Below are positions 26,860-41,529 of a stretch of 64,000 nucleotides of DNA, piece by piece (positions within the stretch are counted from its first letter, which is position 1; each line of letters begins with the position of its first letter). The notes under the pieces were generated by a model. That model was not told where the DNA came from and searched no databases. It was given only the letters and a program-made list of their open reading frames with translations. The position numbers and the translations under genes were made by a program. Origin of the DNA: Octopus sinensis (taxonomy: Eukaryota); contig NC_042997.1 in NCBI RefSeq assembly GCF_006345805.1, positions 135,842,001-135,906,000 on the forward strand, given 5' to 3'.

Positions 26860-27530
26860 TAGCAGTGCCCCTGGACGAACGAAAATGACACTGAGACTCA
26901 GACACTATATTTGGAATTATGAAGGTATTTAAATGTTATAAGAAAATGCAGGCAAGTACCTTTCCAACCACAGACAAAAGCGAAATACCCCGAAAATTAC
27001 CACACAGATCCTTTGGCCCTAAGTTATAGAAGGAGACTAAAATGGCATCAGTCCAGTCTTGAGGCACTTTCTCAGTTCTCCAACAGTGACAATTTAATAT
27101 ATTTAAGAGTTCGAACCTTTGCCACTCCCATATATATCAAGACTTCTGCACAGATTCCATCAGATCCTGGAGGATTATTTTTATCCAGCTTATTCACAGT
27201 TAAGCAAATGTCATTTAGAGTTGGTTCAAATGTCATCTCTTCTATAACTGGAAGGTGTTCGACTTTTTTTTGTCATCCTTATGTCAGCGGATGATGGTCT
27301 ATTCAAAAGTGCAGAAAAATGTTCTACCCAGCACTTATGAATAGAAGCGATATCAGTCAGAAGCAAACGTCCATTTTCTGTCCCCACTGGAGCTATTGAA
27401 ATATTACTGTATTACTGCTCCCAGCTGTGGTCACGAACCAGTGTAAGATTAATGACGAAACTTGAGGCGATATAGCGAAGCTACTCGATGAAGATTGACA
27501 CAATGTAAGATATCAGCTATTGGAAGAAAC
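26860..27530 (-). mobile_element. RTE-clade LINE RT N-terminal fragment
   Basis: PPGSDGICAEVL, VPQDWTDAILV, CGNFRGISLLSVVGKVLA, SESQCHFRSSRGT on the minus strand. Confidence 0.85.
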
Positions 27531-27623
27531 TGAAAGAGTTAAGACTCTACTCTCTAGAGTACATTAACCGGCTGGGTCCCAGCATGGCCGCAGTCCTTGA
27601 ACTGAAGAAAAAAAGTATATATT

Positions 27624-27784
27624 AGGTGGAGGAGTGGCTGTGTGATAATCAGCTTGCTTCCCAACCGCATGGTTTCAGGTTCAGTCCCACAGCATGGCAC
27701 GTTGGGTAAGTGTCTTCTACTATAGCCTCGACCCGACCAAAGACTTGTGAGTGGATTTGAGAGACGGAAACTGAAAGACGCCTG

Positions 27785-27855
<71 letters not shown>

Positions 27856-28033
27856 CATATAAGTATTTGTGTATCTGTGTTTGTTCCCCACCATTGGTTG
27901 ACACCGATGTTGGTCTGTTTACTGATACAATAAGTACTACGCTTACAAATAATAAGCCCTGGGGTCGATGTTTTCAACTAAAACCAGTGCTCCAGCATGG
28001 CTGCAGTCATATGACTGAAACACGTAAAAGAAT
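27624..28033 (+). mobile_element. tRNA-derived SINE, full length with internal (TA)n
   Basis: Same head and tail as 2757-3165. Confidence 0.85.
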
Positions 28034-28204
28034 ATCTATATGTATACATATATATATACATACATATCGAACCCACAAGAGTGAACAAGTGAGTCAGAGG
28101 CAGGTAGATACAAAGGAAATGCCACTTGTATTTGAACACTATACAAATATTCTTTTAAAAACTTTTCTCTTAAGTTTTCCAAATTTAATTGCTTTCCATA
28201 CTTA

Positions 28205-28240
28205 CAGTTGAAAAGATCTCAATGACTGAAACTAGTACTG
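28205..28240 (+). ncRNA. HHR-like motif with U3-A8 core variant in a pLTR-like repeat (~28130-28326)
   Basis: cag-TTGAAAA-gatctcaatgact-GAAAC-TA-GTA-ctg; the homologous repeat is on the minus strand at 49820-49960. Confidence 0.55.
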
Positions 28241-28322
28241 AAATGTTTTTTATAAAATTATTTTAGCATTTTCTATCTTGACTTTTTCCACATATATCAA
28301 CTCGTGTGTTCCTTTTCAACCT

Positions 28323-28443
<121 letters not shown>

Positions 28444-28635
28444 TATATATATACATATTCTCTTTCTCTCTTTTCTCTTTTCTCTTTTACATATATGTAT
28501 AGTCTGTAGAAAACATCAATCTCAAAGAAGATGCACACTCTAAGATTGAGAGCAGTATATATTTAAAATGCATCTGTTACTAGTGAGGCATCTCCTCCTC
28601 CATATTTTCAAGCGGTCTTGAACCAACAGGTTTTG

Positions 28636-28690
28636 GGGATCTGACGATATGCCATAAAGTATTTATGACCGGGAAACCTAAGGTAATCTC
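28636..28690 (+). ncRNA. Type I HHR-like motif, stem II partly degraded
   Basis: gggat-CTGACGA-..cataaa gta tttatg..-GAAAC-ctaag-GTA-atctc. Confidence 0.55.
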
Positions 28691-31600
28691 ATAATCTCAA
28701 ATTGAGACACCTTGCCAGCTCGGTATATTCGCACAGCCCAACAATACTATTTAAATATTGAATATCAAGTCTCAGCGTAGGGATAATTGCATCTAATATT
28801 CCTGTAATGTGTCCAGACAATGCAACCCAGATAAGTGAAGATGTACTTTCTATAGTATTTCTGAAGTGCAAATTTCAAGTTGGGTGAAGAGAATGTAAAT
28901 AAGTAACAAAGATGTACAGGTATCAATACATTACGTCGGTTTTAAGTGGCTCTATTTAATTGATTAATTAAAACATTGCATCAATTTGAAAGAAACCGCT
29001 CTCTTCAGATAACCATATAGATTTCAAACATAAAGTGTAAACCATTTTTAACAAATATACATTTCAAATTTACATTTCAAAGATGTACACCTGTACATCT
29101 TTACTACTTATTTTCATTGTATATATACATACCTCCTTTAGTTGATGAATGAAAACATTACATCATTATAAAGAAAGCGTTTTCGACAGATAAATTTATC
29201 ACCTTCAAAATTAAGGACATTCAAAATGATTTAACATAGTTTACAATTCACGGAGCAAAACATTTTCAGTTCAATTATTAGGATAGTGTATATTTAATCA
29301 GAACAGAAAAAAATATAGGTTAGTAAAGTTTATAGGAAGGAGAAGAAATAATTGACATCCAGTGACGCAATTATCTCTACTTCTAACAAAAGGGAAGGGC
29401 GCGGCTTCTTTAGTCTTGGGTTTATCTGTTAAGGAATTGTTTATTGTCTACTGGTCAGTGGTAAGAGAATGATTTGTGGTCAGGTCAGCCTACTAAATTA
29501 TCAAGGTCGTTTGTGAAAGAAGCAATACACAAGGCAGAAGGCAGCAACAAAGTAGTGGAGAATAGAGGAGGAAGAGTAAGGAGAAAAAGAAAACACAAAG
29601 CTGACCCAACCGTTACCAAATACCATAATACTAATAGAGGAATACTTTGAAGGATAATAGAATAACGGTTATGGGGTCAAAGCTCTAAATGATTACTAAA
29701 AATCATTGCATGGGAATACAAAGAACCTACTACAACTTAGCAGAGTTATAATATTACAGCAATAGGTAAAATCAAATGATTAAAAGGTACTTAAAATTAT
29801 AAGAAAAAAATTTAAGTATGTGTGTGTATGTGTGTGCTTGCGTGCATGCGTGTGTGTGTGTATTTCTGATGTTTATTTGCATACATTTCTTATATACTTT
29901 TTATATTACTTGTCGAAAAAGTTTAAGCCTGACATTTCTTGCTATTAAATTGTTTGATACACATGGTTTTAGTGAATATACCATTATTTGTAAATATCAA
30001 AATTATATAAGCGAGGAGTAGTTAAATAATTATCGGTTAGAAATGTCTTCCTCGCGGTGAATTTGCAGGTGCTATCCATATTGCGTTATGTTATTGACAG
30101 CATATTAATTTAGAAGAATATGAATAACAAGTTTACACTTTTGAATACCCAGCTAAAGTGTTTTCAAAAATTTGTACTTTAACGTATTTCCAAGTATCTT
30201 GAAAATCTACTTTATGATTTGTGCTAAAAATAATGAATCAAAATTGAATTACAGTTTGGAATGGCAGCAGATACCATAGTCAGAAAACAACAGGCATACT
30301 AACATGCCAGGAATTATGTAGCAACCGAATTACAGATTAAGCTAAAGCATTGCCAGATGTTACTTTGCTCCAATTAAGTAACAGATTTTCAAATTTATTA
30401 CAGAACTCACATGCGATACCCTCCAGTATACTTAAAATGTTTTATATACTGTATTATAAATGGTCATTTTATAGTAAGATTTGTTCGAAACTAATCGATA
30501 ATTTTTCCATTTAAATTATTGGATCTCATAGCTGAAGATTAAATTAATATTTTCCAAGGAGAAAAGTCAAGCCTCTTAATTCAAATTGGATTATTATTAT
30601 CCTTTTAATATTCCAGGTCAGATCTGAACAAGCAGACCCCTAATTAAAGGATTTCCAATGTGACCATCCAGACACTCATTCAGACTTACTGGATCTATGA
30701 CTATACTATCTAATACTGTTGTTTTTTTTATTTGTTTGGTTTTGGAGTTTTTTGTTTATGTTTTTTGTTTTATTAATATTAAAACATGATTTGGGAAAGA
30801 CTTTGTTTCTATTTTCAGTAGGTGGAACTACTCTGTGAAGCTTCCATCGCCAGGTTACGAAGTTTTGTGGTCATTAAGGCTTCTACTATTTTCATGAACA
30901 TTCTTCCAGAAGCATACCATATTTAAAACTACACCAATTTTTTACCTGCACGAGGAGATGCATTTAAAATTTTCATCAACGTACACTGCAGCAGGAAAAC
31001 AGAAAGTTAGTGTTAGTAGTGGATACAATCAAGAATTTGTAATAACTGAGTTCAACCTGCACAACATATTCCTCAATTTATGTGTATGCATAGTTTTTGA
31101 ATATGGTATCTTTTTCTCTAGTAAAACTTAGAACGCTTCCCTTTGAGTACATTGAGGTATTTGTCATCATTAGAAATTTATAAAAATAGCTACTTAGATC
31201 CTTATTATATAGCATATGTCATGATAATCAAATAGGATGACTAGATCTCTAAACAACAATGTTGAAGCTACTCTCATAGATAGGTTATGTAGGCTGTAGG
31301 AGTAAGTGACGAATCCCATCCGACAGCGGTCTCAGTGCTGATAAAACCTTGCAAATAAGGTTATTGTATACATGGATCTAAAGATCCAAACAGGTTTGTA
31401 TCAACGAAAACTACTGGGAAGGTAAAGCAACTGGCAGCAGATCTTAATCGCTTTTGTTCAACTAATTCAATCAGTACAGAACTGTTTGAACAAGAACGTC
31501 ACAGAAATGAAAGAATAAATAAAGAAAAAAGAAAATTCCGTCCTCACCAACTTCAGCCTATCAAATACAATTTGTGTATGCATATGTCTTATATATGAAC

Positions 31601-32303
31601 CTGTTTCCTCATTCATCAGAAACTCCAGCACAACAAATCAGAAAGGAAAACAAGAAACAAAATATTAGACTCGAGGAATAACGCATCACGGCGACAACGA
31701 TATAGCATAATAATTGAAACAAAATACTTTCACATAACACTTGCTCTATTGATTCAGTTGTCTAAACAATCAAAAATGATACCAGGCACAATACTAATTA
31801 CAGTGATCACGTTATATTCTGCACAAATAAGCAGTACGTCAGTCTGATGATTAAATACATTTATACTCTTAAGCATTCAAGTCAGTTACAAAAACATAAA
31901 GCTATTTGGAATTGCAATATTCTAGCTAAGCAAGATCATACATGTATGGCAAAAGATTTATTATGTTTTTTAATGAGTATCCAGAATACTTCAGATGACT
32001 GACTTCATGAAGTTTCAGGCTATTTATAAAAAAGGGCATTTTAAATGATATATTACCGTTGTGTCCATGCCTATGGAATTTAGATCGAAGTTGAGCTTGT
32101 CTTACTTTCAAATATGTAACATGCTAAGTTACAACTCTCTTTTCTAAAGCAAAGGCATTTTCATGTAATGGACGAATGCTTAGGTTTCTTGAAGTGATGA
32201 GCTGAAACTAAACGCCAAGATGTTTGGGCAGTATTAAACTAGTTATTTACTAAGTCTAACTGAACTGGTTATAGTTTCCGTTTTTAATATAATGGGTGTT
32301 AAT

Positions 32304-32670
32304 AAGGCGGCGAGCTGGCAGAATCTTTACCACGGAAAAAAGCTAAGCAGCATTTTGCCCGTTCTTACGTTCTGAGTTCATATTCCACCAGAGTGGAATT
32401 TGCCTTTCATCCTTTTCGCTGGAGCCGATGTAATCGACTTAGCCCCTCCCCCAAAACTGTTAGCCTTACGCCAAAATTTAAAACCAATATAGTGGATGTT
32501 AAGGTGGCGAGCTGGCAGAATTGTTAGCACACTGGAAAAAATCCTTAGCCGTATTTCGTACGTCTTTATGTTCTGAGTTCAAATTTCGCCGATGTCGACG
32601 TAGCTTGTCATCAATTTGGGTTCGTTAAAATAAGTGCCAGTCGAACACTGAGGTTGATATAATCGACCAT
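32304..32670 (+). mobile_element. Two adjacent copies of a second SINE family (aaggcggcgagctggcagaa...)
   Basis: Related copies at 32304-32489 and 32501-32670, each with a B-box-like gagttca(a/t)att. Confidence 0.8.
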
Positions 32671-33226
32671 AGCATGGGATTTATAAACTCAAAAGATGGG
32701 ATTTCTAGCAACTCTTGGTGGGGGGGGGGGTTCTGGTAGCTTTTAAATATCTAATTTCCTCGCGAATTTTTTAATGTTTTTCACTGTTTACTTTGCTTCC
32801 TTATATTTTAATGCTTCAACTGTTATTTCTAGCGACTCTTGTTGTTTGGCTCATAGATTTTAAATATTTATTCGTGAATCTTTTAATGTTTTTCACTGTT
32901 TATTGTAGCTAGCTTAACGTTTGATATACCGGTGCCCCCTCCACCCGTTTTCTCACTACTGTGACAGATAATGGAAGTGGAAGCGAACGCGCTATTTTCT
33001 GATCGCCAGAAAATTCTGAAAGTTATCAAACTTTGAACACCTGCAACATTTTCGCAAAATTTTTCTGCAATAAATGAATAACAAATTTGGATTCAGCTTC
33101 AAAAGTTGCATCTATATGATTCATTAAAAAAAAAGCTTTATAAAGATTTCGACATTCAGTGGCGATAACCACAAAGATCCCTTATTTCTAGTAATTAATT
33201 CAGATTTTAATATTAACCTGACCCTT

Positions 33227-33415
33227 AAGGCGGCAAGCTGGCAGAATCGTTACCAGGCCGGGCAAAATGCTTACTTCAAATTCCGTCGAGGTCGATTTTG
33301 CTTTTCATCGTTTTGGAGATCGATAAAATAAGTCTCAGTTGAACACTGGGGTCGATATAATCTACTTACACCTCCCCCGAGGTTGCTGGCCTTGGGCCAA
33401 AATTTGAAGGCAGTA
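33227..33415 (+). mobile_element. Third, internally deleted copy of the second SINE family
   Basis: Shares head and tail with 32304-32670. Confidence 0.8.
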
Positions 33416-33424
33416 TTAGCTTCA

Positions 33425-34050
33425 GGCTTTTATGGCAGTCTTATTTGTTTCTGTGTTGCTTCTATTAGTTTTCTTCACGCTTAGGTATTTAATAGGTCAT
33501 TCTGGTTCCCTATTTTCAGTCTGTATCTAATTTAATGCAATAATGTTTAGCTAATTTGCCTCTTTTCTAATAAGTGCCAGCAGCTGTGTGAATTTATTCG
33601 TGTTTTTTGTCTATTTATAATAGATTTTCAACTACGTATACACTTGTAAATATTTTCAAGTCATCCATATAAAGCAGATGGCTTATAACTTGCCCGAAGC
33701 AAAAAAGAAAAGGTGTTTCTCATAGGATCAGGACTAGGTAGTATAAAAAATCGCACTGGAAGTTTCCGTTTTAAAGAATAAAGGGCTGCTATGAACTGTC
33801 ATCATTTTCCTTGTAGTTATACGATTATTTTCGGTTTTAGCAATGCATGCCATGGCTAGTATACCGTATTATTATAGAAACTAATATATTTATGTGAAGT
33901 ATCCTCGGTTTTCTTCAATTCATTTGTGGTAGGTTTAAGTCTTTATTTGTGTGCAGTCCAACATTTTCGTTAATGGTCATGTGTATTTTCTCAACAACAT
34001 GTTCTATATGAATTTTTTAGATCTAATTGCTAATTATAAATCTCCCTATA
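33425..34050 (-). mobile_element. R4/Dong-like RT fragment
   Basis: SHLLYMDDLKIF (YMDD at 33671-33660), followed by RGK and IKYLSV (resembles YKYLG). Confidence 0.7.
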
Positions 34051-35129
34051 TTTGCATGTGAGTTTGGTTTATAATACTTCGCTTCTTTGATTTATTTCTC
34101 TACATCTTTGACTTTTCCTCTATAATGCTATTTGTAAAACTGTATTGATATACATAATAAGAAAATGATATTTCAGTAAAATATTTATTTCAACTCAATT
34201 TATAATTTGAAAGTTATTTTATTCAAAATTTATCTTTTGAGAGGACACCGATTCTGAACTCCATGTTACATTATTTTCCTATTAGTCCTCTCTTAAACAA
34301 GCTAAACTTCCTTAATGGTTCGACAGAGCTTTTATGCTTGTTTCATATATTAATGACATAATTTATATATTTGTAAATAGCATAGATTTTATATCCAGTT
34401 TATATCGTTTTGTTTGTATACAAAGTTTTTTTATATTCTTTATGTGTACGAAATACTTCTTTTTTTTTCTACAAATACATTAAATATTATTCAAACAATA
34501 TATTTTGTGTGCAATACTCACAAGTAAAATATTAAATATTTATAAGATATATTTTCTTCCATTATATCACATCGCTTTCTGCATTTTTGTATATTCTTGT
34601 TCTTGCAACATCTGAAATTTATATTATTTTACAACATTTTTAAAAGGCGTATTATTTTTTTTAAATAAAACAAAGTATAATAGATTTCTATTTGAGTGTT
34701 CTCCCTAATTAATTACTAATGCTTTAGTGTAATGATGGGGCATAATTATTAGAGCAGCGGGGAAAATATCTTATAGTATAAATGTGCATTTACGTTGCTC
34801 GCTGAAATCCCATTGTGATGTCCTCGTAAATGTCGGAAAAATATGCAGTTTACATGGGTCAAATATGCGGACTATTAAAGAGACTATATAAGCTGTTCCA
34901 AATATGTATGCATGTACCTACTACTATTACTATTATTATTATTATTTTGTTTGGTCGTCTGTTAACATCCCTCCATTACGTTTATCATTTCTATTGTTTG
35001 ATAAAGTTATATATTCAACATTTGCTATCGTTTTATTGATAAATTAACCAGTATTTTAGGGAACTGTTAAGTTTTCTCCATTTGTAGCCATATGGGATTA
35101 AATTGGGGTTTGTTATGCAAACACGCATA

Positions 35130-38100
35130 GCAGGCGAAAGTTGTTCGTACACTGAAAAGAAGAGCTCGCTATCAACAGAACGAACAGCAAAACTTTAAAA
35201 AGCAGCATCAGTAACAACAAGACAACAATAGCAACAACAATAAGAATAGCAGCAGCAACAACAAGAACAGAAGCAACAGCACAAAATACCGAAACGTATG
35301 AAGCTAATTTTCCGCTGCAAAAATTTCAATAAGGCTATCACAATCACAGGAGCAGCAAAAGAGAAGAATGATAACAAAACGCAACAACAGCACTAGCAAG
35401 AACACTGTCACCTCCACACCATCACCAGTGGCAACAGCGAATCTGCCACTATGAACACAAACATATTTAATAGAACGAAAAGAACGGTTGTCTCGTAAAC
35501 TTTCTCCAGTTGACATCGGAAAAAAACGTTAAGTGATGCGAAAGTACATTTATTCGAAGTATGACAGAGAAGTATTTCTAAAGATACCAACGGAAATACA
35601 AGAAGATATTAGAAAAAATATCATCTAGAAGTGCATTTCATAAAAAACCAGAAAACCGTAGCGAGCGATGCAGGCCCAGATTGAAAACTTCCTGACACCA
35701 GTTTGTGGAATAAAAATTTATGTCACCCGTGAGAGATAATTTGGAACAGTTGAAGTGAGATTCTCAACTGAAGAAATGCCAAAGATCAACAACAACCCTA
35801 AAAAATGAGGAATTGTTGTTACTTCCCACATACCTCGATCGGAGGTGGGGTTAAAATAAAGGTAGCAGAGATACCCCCAGAATTGAACATCTCTGCTCGT
35901 CGCCGCCGTATTATACTGTACAGAGAATAAAACAAAAATTCTTGAAGTGCACAAAATGGGAAAGGAAAATTGGCCAGGCACGGGAATGAAATTATTGTCA
36001 CAGACCGATGAAAACAATAGCAAAATTATCCCTGATAGGATCAACAGCTATAATTCTGCACAGCTATAAGCAGTGGTTGAAGACAAAAAGCTGAGAAGCT
36101 ACATTTGTGACGAAATACACCACTTACAGGTTTCAGATCCATGCAAACTAGAGGCAAACCTCCGCTGCTGCAGTCATCTCTAACACGGTAACAATATCAA
36201 TATCAAAAGTAATAGCAGCCTCAACAACAACCCAAACAGCGTCAGTTCCAAGAGCACTAGCAGCCAAAACAACAAAATCATCAACAGGAGGAGCAGTAGG
36301 AGAGACTCATTCAAAAATATCAGCATTAAGAACCGGTACCACGCAAAAGAAAAAAAACATCTACACCATTGCAACCGAGAGAGGCTTCACCCACACAAGT
36401 CTACCAGATCCGCAGCTCAGAATTGCACGAATGAGCAGACATAACACACTTGACTGCCTCAGATTTCTCCGACTATGAAAACTCGTCTAGCGAGGAAATC
36501 AATTTGGAAAAACCACCAAGATAGATCCTGGTGAAAGGAAAATGAAAAATAAAATACGAGATAAAAAGCGCAATACAAGCTTTAAAACGAAGAAATTAGA
36601 GGAGGAGGCACAGAAACCAACAAATCATCACACACCACACACTAACACAACTATAAGCATCTCCAGCACTACAAATAACACCAATATTACAAAAACTTCA
36701 ACAATCGAAAACACATAGCAATCCAGACCAACAACATGGACAGCAATTCCACGGCACCATCAGTTATAAGGCCATATGCACAAAAAACGAGGACTTAGTA
36801 TAGCATTTAACAATACACAGACATTACTTGAAATACTATATACATAACCCCACTATTCACAGAAACATTAGAAAAGCAACCCAACAAGATTACAACAAAC
36901 AGATAGTAAAATATCCCAAACGAATGGAAGTTTTCCGTGAGACCATCAGACACACTACAAAGAAATACTTTTGGAGACACCCACAAGTAATTGGAAAGAG
37001 AGAACATGTCTCGCCACGGAAATAGGCTTAATGATTCTCTTCACTCTTCACTCTCACAAACATGGCCTTGCTCTGAATAGGTAGCGTAATTACACGCGAT
37101 CCACGATAGCCTTGGAAGCAGACCCACCTCAGGTCTAAGTATAAATGTTGTGGCTATCAGTGAGACCAGACATTCCAGTCGACAACTTTTTATACCCATT
37201 TTCAGTGAATATATGATTAACTTATTTCCATGTCAACCGAGAATGAGATGGGGTGGAACTGTGGTGTTATAATGGAAAGGTTTAGATATCATAAGGGCCA
37301 TCTTCCTGGGCCCAGAAGGATAGTTTGTATTCCTGGATGTGAACACTAGCGACGGCTTGCATTCAGAGTGGTGACTGTTTATGAGCTGACAGGGGCATGA
37401 TAGCTGAATTCTTCAGACGACTGGAGGTTTTCCTGAGAAAGTGGAACGCCATTATGGACAACGTTTAAATTGTGTGGGGTTACGGTTAGGAGAGGAGGTG
37501 CAGGAGCCACGCAAACCTGTTCAGACGTTTTCAACTGTCTGATACATGCTGGCTAAATTTCCTTAATGTGCTAGTGGGAATGGACGAACCGCATCTAGCC
37601 ATGTAGGTCATATCTAGATGGAGAGGTCTGTAGACCTGTACATAATGATAGTATAAGCTGTCGAATTTTTAAAATCGTTGGCGACACAGACCACAAATTT
37701 GTGCTCTGCACAGTCGACCTATATATGCTTTGTAAGCAGGCACACGATTACTGTAAGCTGAACGTATCATTCCCTGGGTGCTTAACTTACAGAAACCGAA
37801 TTAGCGAATGAGTTAAACAGGCATTGTTGAATTCATCTTCAACAACAATTAGTGGTTTGCCCTGAAAAGGGCAATTAAAGTAGAATCAATTAGGTTTAGT
37901 TACGCATTAGTGATAGAAAGAAATAGTGTAGAGAAAAGCTCAGTTGGAAACTTAGAAAAGGCGCTTAGGAAAGATATCGCAACCGACGTGCATGCGGTAA
38001 CACTGGACTTGGACCAATTCTTCTACGTTAAGCACGAAGTATCTATTATCAGGGCTAAGGTGCGTGCTCTCAGAAACGAGGGAACCAAAACCACTTCATA

Positions 38101-39185
38101 GGCAGAGACGAATCGTGTCAGAAAATCCACAATGCGCCCTTTGATGGACTAAAATGGGCGCATGGTACTTGATTACGAACAGATGTTTGCAGCACATCAC
38201 CGGCAATTCGTACAAACGTTTGGGATGAATAGCAGCTTGGAACGCAGGATGAACTTCTGTGTCTACTTAGACGCTAGGCCATAATTCTCAGCAGAGAAGG
38301 TGGACGTTGCGAAAGGCCGATAACAGGCGCGGAAAAACGGAATCCAATGATAGGCTGCACAGGATCAAATCGACTGATTTGGATTATCTTCCCTATGAGA
38401 TATACCTTTATATACCAGACTTCTTTGGTGTTCTCTTATCAGAAAGCTACCGTAACGTACAGCAGAATGGGGTAATTCCTAGCCCCGTGAGTCGAGGAGC
38501 GTTGGCACTGCTGAGAAAGGACCTAAACAAGGGGAATGAAATAGTAAATTTTTGTTCCATAAGCTGCTGAATGCAGTTTACAAAAGTTTGACAAAATTAT
38601 TAGCGAAGAAGTTGGGGCTTGTCGTCGAGGAGCAAACTGGTGATGCGCAAACACGCGCTATTCTATGCAGATCTATCCACGACAGCCACTACCTCATGAG
38701 ATACATCAAAGACAATGCGAGCAAAATAGCTAGCAGGTATGAAGCTCTGATCAGCTTAGATCAATCAAAATCCTTCGATAGGGTCGACCACCAATACTTG
38801 GCGTAGAAATTAACCAAGAAAAATTAGTGGGGCTGTAGCTCGTGGGACGCTGGACAAAGGAAGAGTTTCTCGTGGTCTGGGTTGGTCCGGACACCCAGAT
38901 GGCAAAGAGCTGGGACTAGGTAACGAGCAAGGTAACCAATCTCACCCAGAATCTGGCCAAGAGAAAGTTGTGTCTGAAATGTCGGGCAAAGGTGACGAAT
39001 GCGTGAATAGGAACCGATATACAATAGCGCTTGACCGTAGTGACTTGCTCCGGCTCTGACCAACTAGAGCGCATATTCTTCCGATATCTGTGGAAGAGAT
39101 GCCTTCCACTGGTCAGGCGTTCCATCTGTTCTCAATACTCATTAAATGGGGGACTGGACATGCCGTGGATGCTGATACTCAGAGA
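35130..39185 (+). mobile_element. Decayed Tx1/L1-clade LINE: ORF1-like region, APE, partial RT and post-RT region, with internal deletion
   Basis: INVVAISETR (37141); LPYEIY..RGALALLRK; LLNAVYKSLTKLLAKKL..RSIHD..LISLDQSKSFDRVDHQYL (38552-38806); then LERIFFRYLW..VRRSIC..GGLDMP. The ORF1 assignment is weaker. Confidence 0.8.
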
Positions 39186-40740
39186 TGTTTACTCGTTTTT
39201 ATGTAACTCCACATTGTATTGTATTCTTTTTGTAAAGGCTTACAAATTGATAAAGTAATCAGCTGCGCCAAGGAATGTGTCTATTCGTTATGTTTACATT
39301 GTTTCTTTGGTAATATGCTTACGGGTTATGTTTACTTTGATTCTAATACATAAAATATGCTGAGTGGGTATATTTCGCCCATTCAGAAGTAAATTATATA
39401 CGTTATTTATTTTTGCCTTCAAGCAAATATTTGTTTATGCATGGCTATCAACAAACTACGAGTAGCAACAGGAACTGATTCTGTAATTATACAGTATCCA
39501 ACATATTCCTTCGAGGAGAGTAAAGATAAAGAAAATATTCTGTTATGTATGTTAGGAGAATTTTTCCAAAATAACACTAATATTGATATTTCGACAGCAC
39601 TGACATGGGAAATGTCAATATAAAATGAAAAACAACCATGTATTTATATGTGAAAATAATAAAAGCAGTAACAGTGGTAAAGCTGTCACCAAAAATCAGA
39701 AAATAACGTCGAAATGGATGAATGAGAAAGACACTGCCACAAGTCGGATTTCCAAGAATACATTTGAATTATAATCCACGAAAAACATGTATGATATTAA
39801 GCGAAGTCATATAGATCTAAGACAACATATAAACCACACGAGGTGTTATCTATGTTTTAACTCAGTAAATTTAATTTTCAAAGTAGCACAGATGTAAAGC
39901 AACCACCAGCCCACTCCCGCAAATGTTTGATCAATCAAGAGAAGGGCTACAAACATATACGTGCGTTTGTCTATTTTTTTTTTTTTCGTTTTTACCTGTT
40001 AGGTCTCCAAGATGATGTAGTGTCCATGGCCTTTCCAGACTCTCCACGACCAGAGTGAGTGAGGACATTAATTTTCCTCTTGGAGCTCTATAACTCGAGA
40101 TCTGCGTTGGCGGAAAATTCCTTGAAATCTATATTTTGGGAAACAAAACCTAGGCGTAGAGATTTTGGGGGAATCCTGGGTGTTGGACCAAAATGTGTTG
40201 TGAGATGGAGAAGAGAAAGGAAATCAATGATTTAACGAGAAGCATCAAGAAAGTTTCTGTCTACTCAGTTTTACACAAAAGGGTTGTGTCCCAGCTGCTA
40301 TAGCGTACGTTGAAAACCAGCGCCTCAAGATAGGCAAACATGCATGCTAAATATATAAAACGTCTACAAATCTTCACACACAATGTTATTGTCGATTCGA
40401 TACAGCGGTCCTATACACTGACCCCAGTTATCACCCTGTGAGATGATACATTGAATCACTATTATTACACCCAATGTCTAAAAGGCAATAAATAGGTTAG
40501 AATCTCTTACTGACGTAATGAACGTCAATGAACCAGCAGTGGTGTGACCATTGAGTTGTGAAATAAGGATAAAGGCACCTGAAAATTACTATTCGTTAAC
40601 AAATTAACCATTCCGTTATAGTACACATCTGTGCAAGCCATGATGAGAAATTTTCGACTAAAATGACATACTTACACACACACACATGTGTATACATACA
40701 TACATACATACATACATACATACATACATACATACGTACA

Positions 40741-40773
<33 letters not shown>

Positions 40774-41488
40774 GTATGTATATTGCTCCGGTTACTATTT
40801 ATTAAAGACATCTACAACAGGAACAGTTCCTCTCGGTGCAGCAACTAGATGAATATATCAATAAGATATTTTAATATCTTCCAAGTAATTGCTCAGTTTG
40901 TTTCTCCTATATATTTATTTATTTATTATTTATATGCTACTGTTGGTTTTTACATTTATTTTATAACAGCTTTCCATTCATTTAGTTAAATATAATTGAC
41001 ATCTTGAGGGAAGTTTACAATTCACGAAATCACTCATGAGGTTTTTTTTTCTTTATTTTCTCATCATCTGTTTATCGATCGGTGCTATATTAATAGCTGC
41101 ATTACAAGTGAACATATTTCCAATTAATAATATATTGACTCATGCAACACTTACTATAGACTAAACTAATTCTCTTGATAGAGAAATTATCCTATTTCAT
41201 GTATATAACCATACATATTCGCATACTACACAGTTCACATTCTACTTGGCAAACGAGCAAGCATAGCACGGCCTCGTAACATGAGATATACGGCGGTGAC
41301 GAATGTTTCGGTAGCATAGTTAGACAACTCTTTCGAATAGCATTATGTTGTCTTGAAAGCAGAGAGTGACGGATTAAAGACAGTAATCATAGATAGAAAA
41401 TACATAGGATGGTCTTGGTTTTAATACTGTTAGTCATAGGTTAGGTTCTTTATTCACATACACACACACCCACACACACGCACACACA

Positions 41489-41529
<41 letters not shown>

